A stretch of DNA of 64,000 nt from Sulfolobales archaeon. GTDB taxonomy: Archaea; Thermoproteota; Thermoprotei_A; Sulfolobales; AG1. Both the position numbers and the translations under genes were made by a program. The stretch covers positions 96,001-160,000 of the forward strand of contig JAWBYA010000002.1 in assembly GCA_038867615.1 (NCBI GenBank), in the 5' to 3' direction. The notes under the pieces were generated by a model. The model made no database searches, was not told the DNA's origin, and saw only the letters and a program-made list of their open reading frames with translations. Below, one piece after another: positions 10,373 through 20,361 of the stretch. How positions within the stretch are numbered: the first letter of the stretch is position 1; each line of letters starts with the position of its first letter.

Positions 10373-11755
10373 ATGAAGGGTCCCGTCTTGCAGATAGATC
10401 CTAGGGTGAGGCTCGTAACAATATCCCTACTTACATCCCTAGCTATGCTAGGTATAAGGTTTACAGCCTACCTATACAGCGGTAGCCTAGCCATACTGGC
10501 TGACAGTGTGCATAGCTTGAGCGATATAGTAGGAGGGATAATAGCTCTGGTAGCAATAAAGGTTGCTATTAAGGAGCCTGACCCTGAGCATCCATATGGG
10601 CATGGTAAAGCTGAGAGCCTCGGATCCCTCGGTGTCTCTCTAGCTCTTGTCGCGTTACTTCTATATGTTGCCTACGAGGCTGTACTTAGGATTACTGGAG
10701 CCTATGAACCCTATGTAGAGTTCACACCGCTCATACCTTTCCTGCTTCTGATCACAATCTTGATCGATTACTGGAGATCGAGAGCCCTCAGCAAGGGAGC
10801 ATTGAAATACGGATCACTACTATTAGCCTCAGACGCGCTCCATTATAGCAGTGACCTCTATGCAACATCATCTGTGCTTATCATGAGCATCCTTGGTATG
10901 GTGGCTGGCGAAAAGATACCAATACTCATAATGGACTCTATACTAGGCATAGCTATAGCTGCTTACTTTGCTGTAGCAGCGATCAGACTCGCAAAGATCT
11001 CTATAGACGAGCTGATGGATAGAGCGCCTACTGAGGCTATTGAGATGTTTAGAAAAGCATGCAGAGAACTAGACCTAGGTGTAAAGAGCGTAAGAGCCAG
11101 GAGGGCTGGATCCAGGATATTTATAGATGCTGTGGTCGAGATCTCTGGCAACATGGATCTCGTAGAGGCCCATAAGATCATAGATACCCTAGAGGAGAGG
11201 ATAAAAAGCTCGACGATCAGGAACGTGGATCTAGTGATCCACATGGAACCCAGAGGGGGTTCTGCGCTAAGCGAGATAGCATCGAAAAGCAGCGAAATAG
11301 CAGCAAGGGTAACAGGGGTTCTAGGTGTTCACGATGTAGAGGTTTTCAAAGACGAGAAGGGCTATCACGTGAGAATGCACATAGAGGTAAGCCCTACAAT
11401 GAGTCTCAGCGAGGCTTCAAAAATAGCATCTGAGGTTGAGAGAAGGATTAAGAACCTGGTAGAGGGTGTTGAAAGCGTGCTTGTCCATATAGAGCCTAAG
11501 AGAGGATATGCTGAGGATCTATATAGGATCGTCACCAAAGCTATACAGAGAGACAGCTCAATAAAGGATCTCGCAGGGATCAAGAGTGTAAAGGCTATTT
11601 ACCTTGGTAAGAAGCTGGTGATAGATGTAATATGTGTATTACCAGGAAATATGGATGTGAATAAAGCACACGATATCGTGTCCAGGATAGAAGCACTACT
11701 AAGAGAAGAGGTTGGTGAAAAAGCATCAATAACAATCAAATACCACTCAGAATAA
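10373..11755 (+). CDS. Cation diffusion facilitator with three tandem C-terminal ZT_dimer domains
   Basis: SLAILADSVHSLSD, HPYGHGKAE, ASDALHYSSD; repeated VIHMEP / LVHIEP / ITIKY units. Confidence 0.92.
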   Translation: MKGPVLQIDPRVRLVTISLLTSLAMLGIRFTAYLYSGSLAILADSVHSLSDIVGGIIALVAIKVAIKEPDPEHPYGHGKAESLGSLGVSLALVALLLYVAYEAVLRITGAYEPYVEFTPLIPFLLLITILIDYWRSRALSKGALKYGSLLLASDALHYSSDLYATSSVLIMSILGMVAGEKIPILIMDSILGIAIAAYFAVAAIRLAKISIDELMDRAPTEAIEMFRKACRELDLGVKSVRARRAGSRIFIDAVVEISGNMDLVEAHKIIDTLEERIKSSTIRNVDLVIHMEPRGGSALSEIASKSSEIAARVTGVLGVHDVEVFKDEKGYHVRMHIEVSPTMSLSEASKIASEVERRIKNLVEGVESVLVHIEPKRGYAEDLYRIVTKAIQRDSSIKDLAGIKSVKAIYLGKKLVIDVICVLPGNMDVNKAHDIVSRIEALLREEVGEKASITIKYHSE

Positions 11756-11931
11756 CCAAACCAATAACCATTCCCAGGCGTTAGTAAAACGCTCCAGCAC
11801 CTAATCTATACAATGATAAAACATAGTTTGCCAAGGATCATAAATCCCTAGGAATTACTGGAGAAGAAACGCCCCAAAGGTATAGACCCGGATCTGGCGG
11901 GGTACCCGAATATGTATATCTTAAACCAATA

Positions 11932-12366
11932 TTGGTGGGAAGAATATTGCCGTGCCCCTTCTACAGAGGCGGCGCCTGCCACTCGCCAAAACTCGAGGAG
12001 CCGGACGATAGTGTCGTAGCAGCATCTAGGTGTAGAGGCCCGCCAGAGACTTACATGGGGTGCTCTTTATATGTGAATACAGATCTCGGAATAAATAAAC
12101 CACCTGAGAATAACAATAATAGTGGAAAAGGAGGCGTGAGGGTTATTACGAAGAACTCTATCGCCTCCAAGATCTATTCACCAATACACCTACTAAAAGA
12201 ACCTCTAAGCTCTGAATGCCCAGGCTATAGAATAGAGAACGCAGGGACAGGGTATGTAGCTTTCTGCAACGTGCTGAGAAGAGCCCTCACCAAGTACGAG
12301 GCAAAGCTATGCTCTCTACACTGGAAAGAATGCCCATACATCCTTGCTAGACCTCAGAGCGCGTGA
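11932..12366 (+). CDS. Cys-rich hypothetical protein (two putative metal-binding modules)
   Basis: CPFY...CHSP...C...C and CPGY...C...C...WKECPY. Confidence 0.7.
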   Translation: MVGRILPCPFYRGGACHSPKLEEPDDSVVAASRCRGPPETYMGCSLYVNTDLGINKPPENNNNSGKGGVRVITKNSIASKIYSPIHLLKEPLSSECPGYRIENAGTGYVAFCNVLRRALTKYEAKLCSLHWKECPYILARPQSA

Positions 12367-12860
12367 TAACGCATATCTAAATATCCTAACCGGCTTTCCA
12401 ACTAGGCCTTTATATTTTATGATTCACAAGCCTAAATACTGGGATATTATCTATGCAAAGTATTCCTACACACCACTTACCGATACATGTGAGGAAGACC
12501 TATGCTTTGACAGTTTTTTACTGTGAATCGAACTTAATAATGACCCCAGAAGGCATGGAGCATGCTCTTCTCACCGTCAAGGCCTATCTTAAATAAAGCC
12601 TCATTACATCGAGCCCCAAACCCCTCTACAACGCACAGGGATCCACCATACCTATAACTAGATGAAAGGTTCCCGACATAGATGAGGCAATAAGCATTAA
12701 AGAGCATCCGGGGGAGATACGAGATACGGATTCCATTATGGTTGTATTTTGACGCGAAGCAGTTGGCTACAGCTTGTGTTAAACATCATGTTAAGGATTC
12801 CTAGTAATGCTTTTTTTAAAACAGAATAGCACTCTCTATCTCTTCATAAGGCCTGGGAAT

Positions 12861-13691
12861 CTATCTGCATTCTTCTCTAAGAACTATCATGGATACCCAT
12901 GTTCTGTTTGATAGTTGCTTTGATCGGAAAAGGTTTTGATCAATGCATTGTTCGGTATTGAGGAGTTTGTAGTAGAGTGGAGTGGGATCACGGCTATTTA
13001 TGAGGATCAGTTTATATATATTTCTATTCTTGATCTCACGGATCTTCTTCTTTATCTGCGCACGTTTCTCATAGGGCTTTAAGCCGGTAATATTCATAGC
13101 CGTTGCACCGCTCTTCATAAGAGCGCTTGAGAGCCTCTTCTCCATATCGTCAACCAAGCCAAGCATCCTCTCGTAAAACCCTTCTCCTAGATTCGTTTCG
13201 ATCCCTCTGAAAACCTGAGAGATCGTCTGTTCACCAATCCCTGTCTTTACCAATATATCCAGCATCTTGGGTAATATTACTCTCTCCTCATGCTCTATAA
13301 GATCCTCAACAGCTTCGTGGTATATAGCTGCTCCTGAAGCTAGAGCTTCTCCACTGCCTCCTAAGACATAAGCATCGATGAAATCCTTAAAGCTATCCTC
13401 AGCGATCAAATGAAGATCTTCTAGATCTCTGATCAACCAGTGCTTTGGACCACCCAACAGCCCAGCTAGTATAGCTAGAACTTCCTCCTTCCTACCATGA
13501 TACAGAGCATACATACCCTTAAATTCTATATATATGGGTAGCACCTGCTCAAAAGGCTCTTTCTCATTCAGCATGTACGACGATACTGCGGAGAGTAGCA
13601 ATGCATTTGAAGCCCTCCTGAGAATCCTGTGCTCATCGATAAGCCTATCCAGCCACCTAGAATCCCCTCTCCACGGATTTTTTGACTCTAT
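12861..13691 (-). CDS. Hemerythrin (HHE) domain protein with C-terminal DUF2249-like domain
   Basis: Frame is open upstream of 13601 and gives LDRLIDEHRILRRA, then HGRKEE and EHEERVILP; C-terminal LILINSRDPTPLYYKL; probable ATA start at 13691. Confidence 0.75.
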   Translation of the reverse strand: MESKNPWRGDSRWLDRLIDEHRILRRASNALLLSAVSSYMLNEKEPFEQVLPIYIEFKGMYALYHGRKEEVLAILAGLLGGPKHWLIRDLEDLHLIAEDSFKDFIDAYVLGGSGEALASGAAIYHEAVEDLIEHEERVILPKMLDILVKTGIGEQTISQVFRGIETNLGEGFYERMLGLVDDMEKRLSSALMKSGATAMNITGLKPYEKRAQIKKKIREIKNRNIYKLILINSRDPTPLYYKLLNTEQCIDQNLFRSKQLSNRTWVSMIVLREECR

Positions 13692-13699
13692 ATTTCATC

Positions 13700-13715
13700 A
13701 CCCCACATGTGGGGT
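13700..13715. promoter_or_regulatory. Perfect 16-bp palindrome ACCCCACATGTGGGGT overlapping the hemerythrin SD
   Basis: Read directly; overlaps GGGGTGA on the minus strand. Confidence 0.55.
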
Positions 13716-13920
13716 ATAGGATCAAAAAGCACATGGAACATAAAAACCCAACCCCATATATAGTATGATCCGAGGTATATATATAAAATATATATTGTTT
13801 ACATATGTATACACGAGCCCGTGTGCCTACATGTTAGAAAAGCGAATAACAACACTCCCAATGGATAGATGCTAGCAGTTATGAAGTTCGAAAATTTGAA
13901 CTCTAGGACTGGTTAAAAAA

Positions 13921-14661
13921 TTAGCGTTTGATCAGTTTCTTCTTAAAGATCTCTGTCTTAAGGATCTGGATTGCGAAAGCAGGGTCAACGCCTTTTGGAC
14001 ATACACGGCTGCACGATCCTGCGAACTCGCAGGACCAGACACCATCGAAGCTATCTACCAGCTCTAATCTTGAGACACCGCCTTGATCCCTTGAGTCTGC
14101 GTACCATCTATAAGCCTGTGCGAGAGCCTGTGGTCCTAGGAACCCTGGTTTCTCTGCAACTACGGGGCATGCTGCTACACATAGTCCGCATTTTATGCAG
14201 TATGCGAACGGCAGGAAGTTTTCAAGCTGTTCTGGTGTCTGTCTATACTCTTCTGCTGCTCTGAACTGCTCTTCCTCGTCTTTTCTTATTAGATAGGGTT
14301 TCACGGATCTGTGTTTCTTGAAGAAGTCGCCCGCGTCTATTACAAGATCTCTTACGATCTTTAAGTTATACATTGGTTCGACGTATATCTTATCAACACC
14401 CAGCCCCACTATGTTTGTCTCGCACGCCAGTCTTGGAACACCGTTTATAATCATTCCACAGGATCCGCAGATACCCATTCTGCAGCTATACCTAACGGCA
14501 AGCGTTGGATCCTGTTTCTCGATTATTGAGAGGAGCGCATCGAGTACCGTGGAGTATCTGCTAACCTTAACATTATACTCGCTATCGTAGAAGCCCTTAC
14601 CGGGATCGTATCTCTTAACCTTTATTATAACGCTTTTATACCCCTTACCTTTTTCCGCCAT
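13921..14661 (-). CDS. sdhB: Succinate dehydrogenase/fumarate reductase Fe-S subunit
   Basis: SCRMGICGSC...LAC [2Fe-2S], CIKCGLCVAACP [4Fe-4S], CEFAGSCSRVCP [3Fe-4S]. Confidence 0.95.
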   Translation of the reverse strand: MAEKGKGYKSVIIKVKRYDPGKGFYDSEYNVKVSRYSTVLDALLSIIEKQDPTLAVRYSCRMGICGSCGMIINGVPRLACETNIVGLGVDKIYVEPMYNLKIVRDLVIDAGDFFKKHRSVKPYLIRKDEEEQFRAAEEYRQTPEQLENFLPFAYCIKCGLCVAACPVVAEKPGFLGPQALAQAYRWYADSRDQGGVSRLELVDSFDGVWSCEFAGSCSRVCPKGVDPAFAIQILKTEIFKKKLIKR

Positions 14662-14857
14662 GACCTCCACCCCCAACTACGTGTAACAATCCCACTACTC
14701 CGAAGAGGATTGATGCTATGAGGAGAAGGGCTGGAAGGGCTACCTCTACCAAGGGCTGGCCCTTTAGAAACGATGATACCATTACTAACCAGACCAGGAT
14801 CATAGAGCCAAAGTAGCCTAGATAGTGGAGAAGCATAACCCCACTAGCCCTAGCCAT
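14645..14857 (-). CDS. Small 2-TM protein, putative SDH/FRD membrane anchor
   Basis: Overlaps both neighbours in the operon; two hydrophobic helices, with His in LLHY and LLHV. Confidence 0.7.
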   Translation of the reverse strand: MARASGVMLLHYLGYFGSMILVWLVMVSSFLKGQPLVEVALPALLLIASILFGVVGLLHVVGGGGHGGKR

Positions 14858-15251
14858 ACAACCACCCCAGGATAAAGACTATGGGGGCGATGATCCACAA
14901 TATGATCGCTGCGTAGAGAGCCACCGATGCCAGTCTAGCCCTCGAGCCGTAACGCTGCAAAAGCCTCTTCCTAACATTCTCTGCTATATGGCTCATAAAG
15001 GTCCCCCTACTATATATCATGAGAAACCCCTTCGTGAGCTCATAAAAAGAGGGGGTTAAGAGGAACCAGTATATGATTGTAGACACCCTGAATGCCATAG
15101 AGGTAAGTGGTGAGGGGCTTGCTAGATAGGCTAATATGGCTAGAGCCTCTATTATTGAGAACAGAACGGCTGCTTTGTAAAAGAGCGTGTGCACCCATCC
15201 CTCGAGATCGTATTCCCTCAGTCTCTGCCTATTCACAGCCACACGGATCAC
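14850..15251 (-). CDS. 3-TM protein, putative SDH/FRD membrane anchor
   Basis: Starts 2 nt after the sdhA stop; three hydrophobic segments. Confidence 0.7.
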   Translation of the reverse strand: MIRVAVNRQRLREYDLEGWVHTLFYKAAVLFSIIEALAILAYLASPSPLTSMAFRVSTIIYWFLLTPSFYELTKGFLMIYSRGTFMSHIAENVRKRLLQRYGSRARLASVALYAAIILWIIAPIVFILGWLYG

Positions 15252-15252
15252 C

Positions 15253-17013
15253 TCAGTACTTTCTCTCCTCAGGCGCCCATCTAGTTATCCTCACTGGTAT
15301 GTAGCTTATGCTCGGAGGCTCTCCCCTTCTGAAATAGACCAGGGTATGCTTGAGCCAGTTGGCATCATCCCTCTTGGGATAGTCGAGCCTGTAGTGGGCA
15401 CCCCTAGATTCTGTCCTGTTGAGAGCCCCCACCACTATGATCTCCGCTATATCTAGCATGAAGCTAAGCTCTATGAAATCCCTGAGGTTATTGTTATAAA
15501 TCCTCGTCCTATTCTCAACCCTAGCTCTCGAGAACCTCTCCTTAAGCCTCTTAATCGTGCTCCACGCCTCCTCAAGACTTCTCTGGTCTCTGAATACACC
15601 TACCTTCTTATCCATTGTCGTCTGGAGCTCCTCTCTGATATCATATGGGTTCTCTGCAGCGCTCTCAACATGTAGAAGCTTATCGAAAACCCTCGACTCC
15701 TCCCTCTTTATAGCCTCATCAAGCGTTGAGCTCACCTGGAGCACTGTATCGGGGGTCTTCATGGCATACTGTGCAGCAGCTTCACCCGTAAGCCTGCCCC
15801 ATACAACGGTCTCTCCTAGGGAGTTGCTTCCAAGCCTGTTGGCCCCATGTAGGCTGACACATGCAGCCTCTCCAGCAGCCCATAGGTTCGGGATCCTTGT
15901 GCTCTCATCAAGCATAACCTGCCCATAGGTGTCTGTATGCACACCCCCCATAGTATAGTGGGTAGTCGGTCTAACAGGGATAGGCTCGCTCACGGGGTCA
16001 ACGCCTATTAGTTTCTTTGAGAGCTCCCTTATCATTGGCAGCCTCTCGTTTATCTTCTCCTCACCCAGGTGTCTTAGATCTAGGAGCACATGCTCCAGCC
16101 CCGACTCCTCCTGAACAAAGCCTCTCCCCTCCTTGATCTCGGTCATTATAGCCCTGGATATTATATCTCTTGGAGCGAGCTCCATCCTCTGGGGAGCATA
16201 TCTCTTGAGGAACCTCTCCCCCTCTTTATTAATTAGATACCCACCCTCACCCCTAGCAGCCTCGGTTATGAGCACACCGCTTGGAACCATACCCGTGGGG
16301 TGGAATTGAACGAACTCCATATCTTTAATCGGTATCCCAGCCCTGTAGGCCATGGCTACACCATCACCAGTGCTTGAATTGGCTACAGTGACGAAAGAAT
16401 ATACCCTCCCAGCACCACCAGTAGCTATTATTCCTGCCTTCCCAAGGAACACTCTAAACTCGCCAGTAGCCATATCAATCGCTGCCACACCTCTAAAGAC
16501 GCCGTTCTCCATGAGTATCGATGTGGCCATGTTTTCGTGATAAATATCAACGTTATTAAACCTCAACAGGTTATCATAGAGAGTGCTCATCATGAAGAAG
16601 CCCGTCTTATCGGCGGCAAAGACAGCCCTCGGAACGCTCATTCCACCGAAGGGCCTCTGAGCTATCCTCCCGTCTGGGCGTCTGCTCCAAGGGGTTCCTA
16701 GATGGTCGAAGAACCTTATCTCTTCAGGGACTAGCTTGACCAGGAGCTCTACAGCATCCTGGTCGGCTAGAAAGTCGCTTCCCTTTACAGTATCGTAAGC
16801 GTGTAGATCTATGCTGTCATTCATCTCCTTGGGGTATAGGACAGCGCTTATACCTCCCTCGGCGCTTACAGAGTGACTCCTCATAGCGTGAAGCTTAGAC
16901 ACCACAGCAATCCTAAGCCTATCCTTAGAGGTGAGGGCTGCCTGGAAAGCTGCTCTGAGCCCGGCCAACCCTGACCCGAGGACCACGATGTCGTACTTCA
17001 GGATCTCAACCAT
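15253..17013 (-). CDS. sdhA: Succinate dehydrogenase/fumarate reductase flavoprotein subunit
   Basis: GSGLAG, RSHSVSAEGGI (covalent FAD His), QFHPT, HYTMGG, HGANRLGSNSL, ESRGAH. Confidence 0.97.
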   Translation of the reverse strand: MVEILKYDIVVLGSGLAGLRAAFQAALTSKDRLRIAVVSKLHAMRSHSVSAEGGISAVLYPKEMNDSIDLHAYDTVKGSDFLADQDAVELLVKLVPEEIRFFDHLGTPWSRRPDGRIAQRPFGGMSVPRAVFAADKTGFFMMSTLYDNLLRFNNVDIYHENMATSILMENGVFRGVAAIDMATGEFRVFLGKAGIIATGGAGRVYSFVTVANSSTGDGVAMAYRAGIPIKDMEFVQFHPTGMVPSGVLITEAARGEGGYLINKEGERFLKRYAPQRMELAPRDIISRAIMTEIKEGRGFVQEESGLEHVLLDLRHLGEEKINERLPMIRELSKKLIGVDPVSEPIPVRPTTHYTMGGVHTDTYGQVMLDESTRIPNLWAAGEAACVSLHGANRLGSNSLGETVVWGRLTGEAAAQYAMKTPDTVLQVSSTLDEAIKREESRVFDKLLHVESAAENPYDIREELQTTMDKKVGVFRDQRSLEEAWSTIKRLKERFSRARVENRTRIYNNNLRDFIELSFMLDIAEIIVVGALNRTESRGAHYRLDYPKRDDANWLKHTLVYFRRGEPPSISYIPVRITRWAPEERKY

Positions 17014-17164
17014 ATAAGCACCAAATATAATTCAGTAACCCAGAATATATTTTCAGAGATGGGAGATATTGGATTAAACTTCACAAACATGGTATATATG
17101 ATAAATATTATTGTGCCTAAGATTAATAACATATCAAGGATCTATGGGTTGTTGTGTAAACAGG

Positions 17165-17623
17165 CTATATGTCTAGCACTATAGAGACCCTCCAGAGATC
17201 TCCGACCCTCTCTATAGCCATTTGCGAGTATGTTACGGCTTTCACAACTATTCCGGGAGCGTGTTTCCTGGGATCGTATCTCTCGCCAGCAGCAAAACCC
17301 TTCAATATATAGCTCTGCTCTCCCCCCTCCTCAACCCTATATATGCCTTTTACAATGAATCTGGAGAAGACAAGCCCGCGAGTATCGTGGAGTATTATGA
17401 GATCCTCTAGCCATCTGTATAGGAGGTTCTCAAGATCTATGCCTCTGCATGTGAGCTCAACACCAATTATAGGCGATACCCTCGATAGATCTGGCGATAT
17501 ATATCTAAACATCCCCAACGCAGCATATTCGAAGAGCTTCTCAAGAGACTGGGATTCCACTATATACATCACATCCGCTGTATGCTCAACCTCAACTATC
17601 CTACCCATAGTGTCGGTATCCAT
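17165..17623 (-). CDS. Archease (RtcB activator)
   Basis: EHTADV, LLYRWLEDLI, VKAVTYS, C-terminal LDI. Confidence 0.93.
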   Translation of the reverse strand: MDTDTMGRIVEVEHTADVMYIVESQSLEKLFEYAALGMFRYISPDLSRVSPIIGVELTCRGIDLENLLYRWLEDLIILHDTRGLVFSRFIVKGIYRVEEGGEQSYILKGFAAGERYDPRKHAPGIVVKAVTYSQMAIERVGDLWRVSIVLDI

Positions 17624-17742
17624 AACCAACCCGCCACTATATAGACATGCCGACAAAATAAACCTCTAGGAATATCCCATAAATACTGAAGCTACTTATA
17701 TCCTGTTGCTGATAAAACAATCCGAAAGACAAGAGCGAAGGC

Positions 17743-18030
17743 TTATTTACTTCCACGCGACATCCTAACCAGAATAGATCTACCGGCCTCTACGAGGCCT
17801 GGTATATCTACACCTGTAGGGCATGGGGGTACGCAGGCATAGCATAAGAGGCATGTGTATAGATACTCAGCGGTTTTTTTAGAATATATGCCGTTGAGGA
17901 GAAGCCCCACTACCCTGACACGACCCCTAGGTCCATAGCCCCTCTCACCCGTCTCTCCAAGAGTTGGGCATGATGATTCACAGAACCCGCAGAAGACGCA
18001 TTTCCTAAACTCCTGCAAAGCCTTATCCAA
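17743..18030 (-). CDS. 2[4Fe-4S] ferredoxin-like protein (GlcF N-terminal domain only)
   Basis: CVFCGFCESSCPT, GPRGR, CLLCYACVPPCP. Confidence 0.85.
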   Translation of the reverse strand: MDKALQEFRKCVFCGFCESSCPTLGETGERGYGPRGRVRVVGLLLNGIYSKKTAEYLYTCLLCYACVPPCPTGVDIPGLVEAGRSILVRMSRGSK

Positions 18031-18034
18031 CGAG

Positions 18035-19507
18035 CTATATTTTTCGACCCGGCTCAGTGGGGATCACTCTCCCTGGATTAAGGATCCATTTTGGATCGAA
18101 TGCCTTCTTTATATTGATCATAAGATCTAAAGTGTGCTCTGACCCCTTGTTCCTCAGCTCTATTAGCAATAACTCTAGCTTCATCGAGCCTATCCCGTGC
18201 TCGGAGCTAGAGGTTCCGCCGAGCTTTAACGCTTCAATCACTATCTCTTTCGCTATCTTTAATGCTAAGGATCTATCCTCAGGATCTTCTAGATCGCATT
18301 CTATATGAGGATGTAGATTACCATCCCCAAGATGTCCTCCGAGAGCGATCTCTCTCCCATATTTACCCTCTATATCTCTAACCCTTCTGACAAACTCTGG
18401 AAGCTTTGAGATAGGGACTGCTGTGTCCTCGAATATTATGTGTCTCTTGAGCTTCATCTTAACCATGCCAGCATACATTGATCTCCTGAACCTATAGATC
18501 TCTTCAAAAGATCTATCACGATCAGTTGCAGTGGCAGTATAGAAAGCTCCTGCATCCTTAGCATCCTTCTCAAGGGTTTTTAGCAGTTTCTCAGCCTCCT
18601 CATCAGACCCGGCTTCGAGATCCAGTATAAGTGTATGCCCAGCAGGGATACCTAGCCCCAAGGTCCTGATCACCTTCTCAGCCACCCTATTCTCCATATA
18701 CTCAGCTATGAGAGGAACCCTCCCCCTCCTAACGCCTAGGAAGAATCTATACAGACCAGTGAAATCGTTGAAAACAGCCATAAGCCTCGAGATAGCGGCT
18801 GGTCTTGGCCATAGCTTTAGCACCGCTTTCGTTATAACCCCAAGAGTACCTTCAGAACCTACCATGAGTCTTGTGATATCATATCCCTGTCTACACTTAA
18901 CAGTTCTACACCCAGTCCTGTGGATCCTTCCTAGACCATCTACAAACTCGAGACCGAGAACCCAGTCCCTCATAGTACCATACTTAGCGCCCCTCAAACC
19001 CCCAGCTCCTGTCGCTATAGCTCCTCCCACGCTAGCTGCTCTAGCAGATGCTGGATCTACTGGAAAGAATAGATCTGTTTCTGCTAGAGCCTCGTTAAGA
19101 CTATCAATCCTCACTCCTGGCTCTACAACCGCTACCCTATCCGTCTCCGATATCTCTTCTATACCGCTCATCATCCCAGTGTGGAGTATAATGCCTCTCT
19201 CAAGCATATAGATCTGGTTAGCTGTTGTGAGAGATATGCTCCCACTACCCATCGACAGATCTGTTGAGGATCCCTGCGGTATAACAGAAACCCCATGCTT
19301 ACCAGCGATCTTGACTATTTCGGATACCTCTTCAGCATTCTTGGGTACCGCAAGCACATACCTCTCCGAGAGATCTTTGGGAATGAAATAGTAGGACGAC
19401 GCATCAATAGCGTGGAGACCAAGATCCACAGGATCCCTCGAAACCCTTCTCCCAAGAATCGATGAGAGCTCCTCAAAAACCCTCTCGATGATCTTATCAC
19501 GCGCCAA
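18035..19507 (-). CDS. FAD-linked oxidase, GlcD/D-lactate dehydrogenase family
   Basis: FPVDPAS, GSEGTLG, GHLGDGNLHP, SEHGIG, FDPKWILNPG. Confidence 0.92.
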   Translation of the reverse strand: MARDKIIERVFEELSSILGRRVSRDPVDLGLHAIDASSYYFIPKDLSERYVLAVPKNAEEVSEIVKIAGKHGVSVIPQGSSTDLSMGSGSISLTTANQIYMLERGIILHTGMMSGIEEISETDRVAVVEPGVRIDSLNEALAETDLFFPVDPASARAASVGGAIATGAGGLRGAKYGTMRDWVLGLEFVDGLGRIHRTGCRTVKCRQGYDITRLMVGSEGTLGVITKAVLKLWPRPAAISRLMAVFNDFTGLYRFFLGVRRGRVPLIAEYMENRVAEKVIRTLGLGIPAGHTLILDLEAGSDEEAEKLLKTLEKDAKDAGAFYTATATDRDRSFEEIYRFRRSMYAGMVKMKLKRHIIFEDTAVPISKLPEFVRRVRDIEGKYGREIALGGHLGDGNLHPHIECDLEDPEDRSLALKIAKEIVIEALKLGGTSSSEHGIGSMKLELLLIELRNKGSEHTLDLMINIKKAFDPKWILNPGRVIPTEPGRKI

Positions 19508-19731
19508 GCACTATCCCACCTACTATAACCTGAAGGAAATATATTGTTGGAATAAAAATAAACCAAGCGATCGACTGTTCTCTGGGTAAAGCTTTTAGTG
19601 TTTTTCAGCTACTATATATTATCGTGATCTTACCTTAATTGGAATTAGGTTGAAGGGTATGGACAACAACATAAACGTGATCATGGGTTGCTTAATCCCT
19701 ACGTAGCGTTATATATAGCTTAGGAGCTGGT

Positions 19732-20361
19732 TTGGAGAGGGGCTTCGACGTCGGTATAAGGGTAAAGCTTGTTAATGCTGTTAAGAGGCTTTATTTGAGA
19801 GGATTCAACTCAACCTTTTCTGGTAATGTGAGTGTCAGGAGTAGTTATAAAGACCACTTCTGGATAACCCCTAGGGCTTGTGATAAGGCCTCGCTAACAA
19901 TAGAGGATCTAAGCCTAGTCAATATAATAACAGGCAATAGGATCATGGGTGCAGAGCCCTCTTCAGAGTATAGGGTTCACCTAGAGATCTATAGGGCTAG
20001 GGATGATGTTAACGCGGTGGTTCACACACACCAGGCCTACACCATGGTAGCATATAAAGCAGGGCTTCTAAAGAGAGAGCTTCTTGAAGAGAGCTATGAG
20101 GCTAAAGCATACCTAGGAGGCATATCATACGTACCAAGGTTAGAGCCGGGAAGCTGGGAGCTGGCTAAGGCTGTGTCACAACAATTAGCGGATAAGAAGA
20201 ATGTTGCTGTTATAATGGATGGGCATGGAGTGGTGCTTATAGGCGGTAGCATCGATGAGGCTCTCAATAGGGCTGAGATCCTCGAGATGGAGGCTATGAG
20301 GCTCGTTAACCTAGCCCTTCTGGGGGTTATCAGGATTGATCGTGATCAGAGCTGGGGATAA
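19732..20361 (+). CDS. Class II aldolase/adducin family protein (FucA/MtnB-like)
   Basis: GNVSVR, PSSE..VH, VVHTH, GHG. Confidence 0.9.
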   Translation: MERGFDVGIRVKLVNAVKRLYLRGFNSTFSGNVSVRSSYKDHFWITPRACDKASLTIEDLSLVNIITGNRIMGAEPSSEYRVHLEIYRARDDVNAVVHTHQAYTMVAYKAGLLKRELLEESYEAKAYLGGISYVPRLEPGSWELAKAVSQQLADKKNVAVIMDGHGVVLIGGSIDEALNRAEILEMEAMRLVNLALLGVIRIDRDQSWG

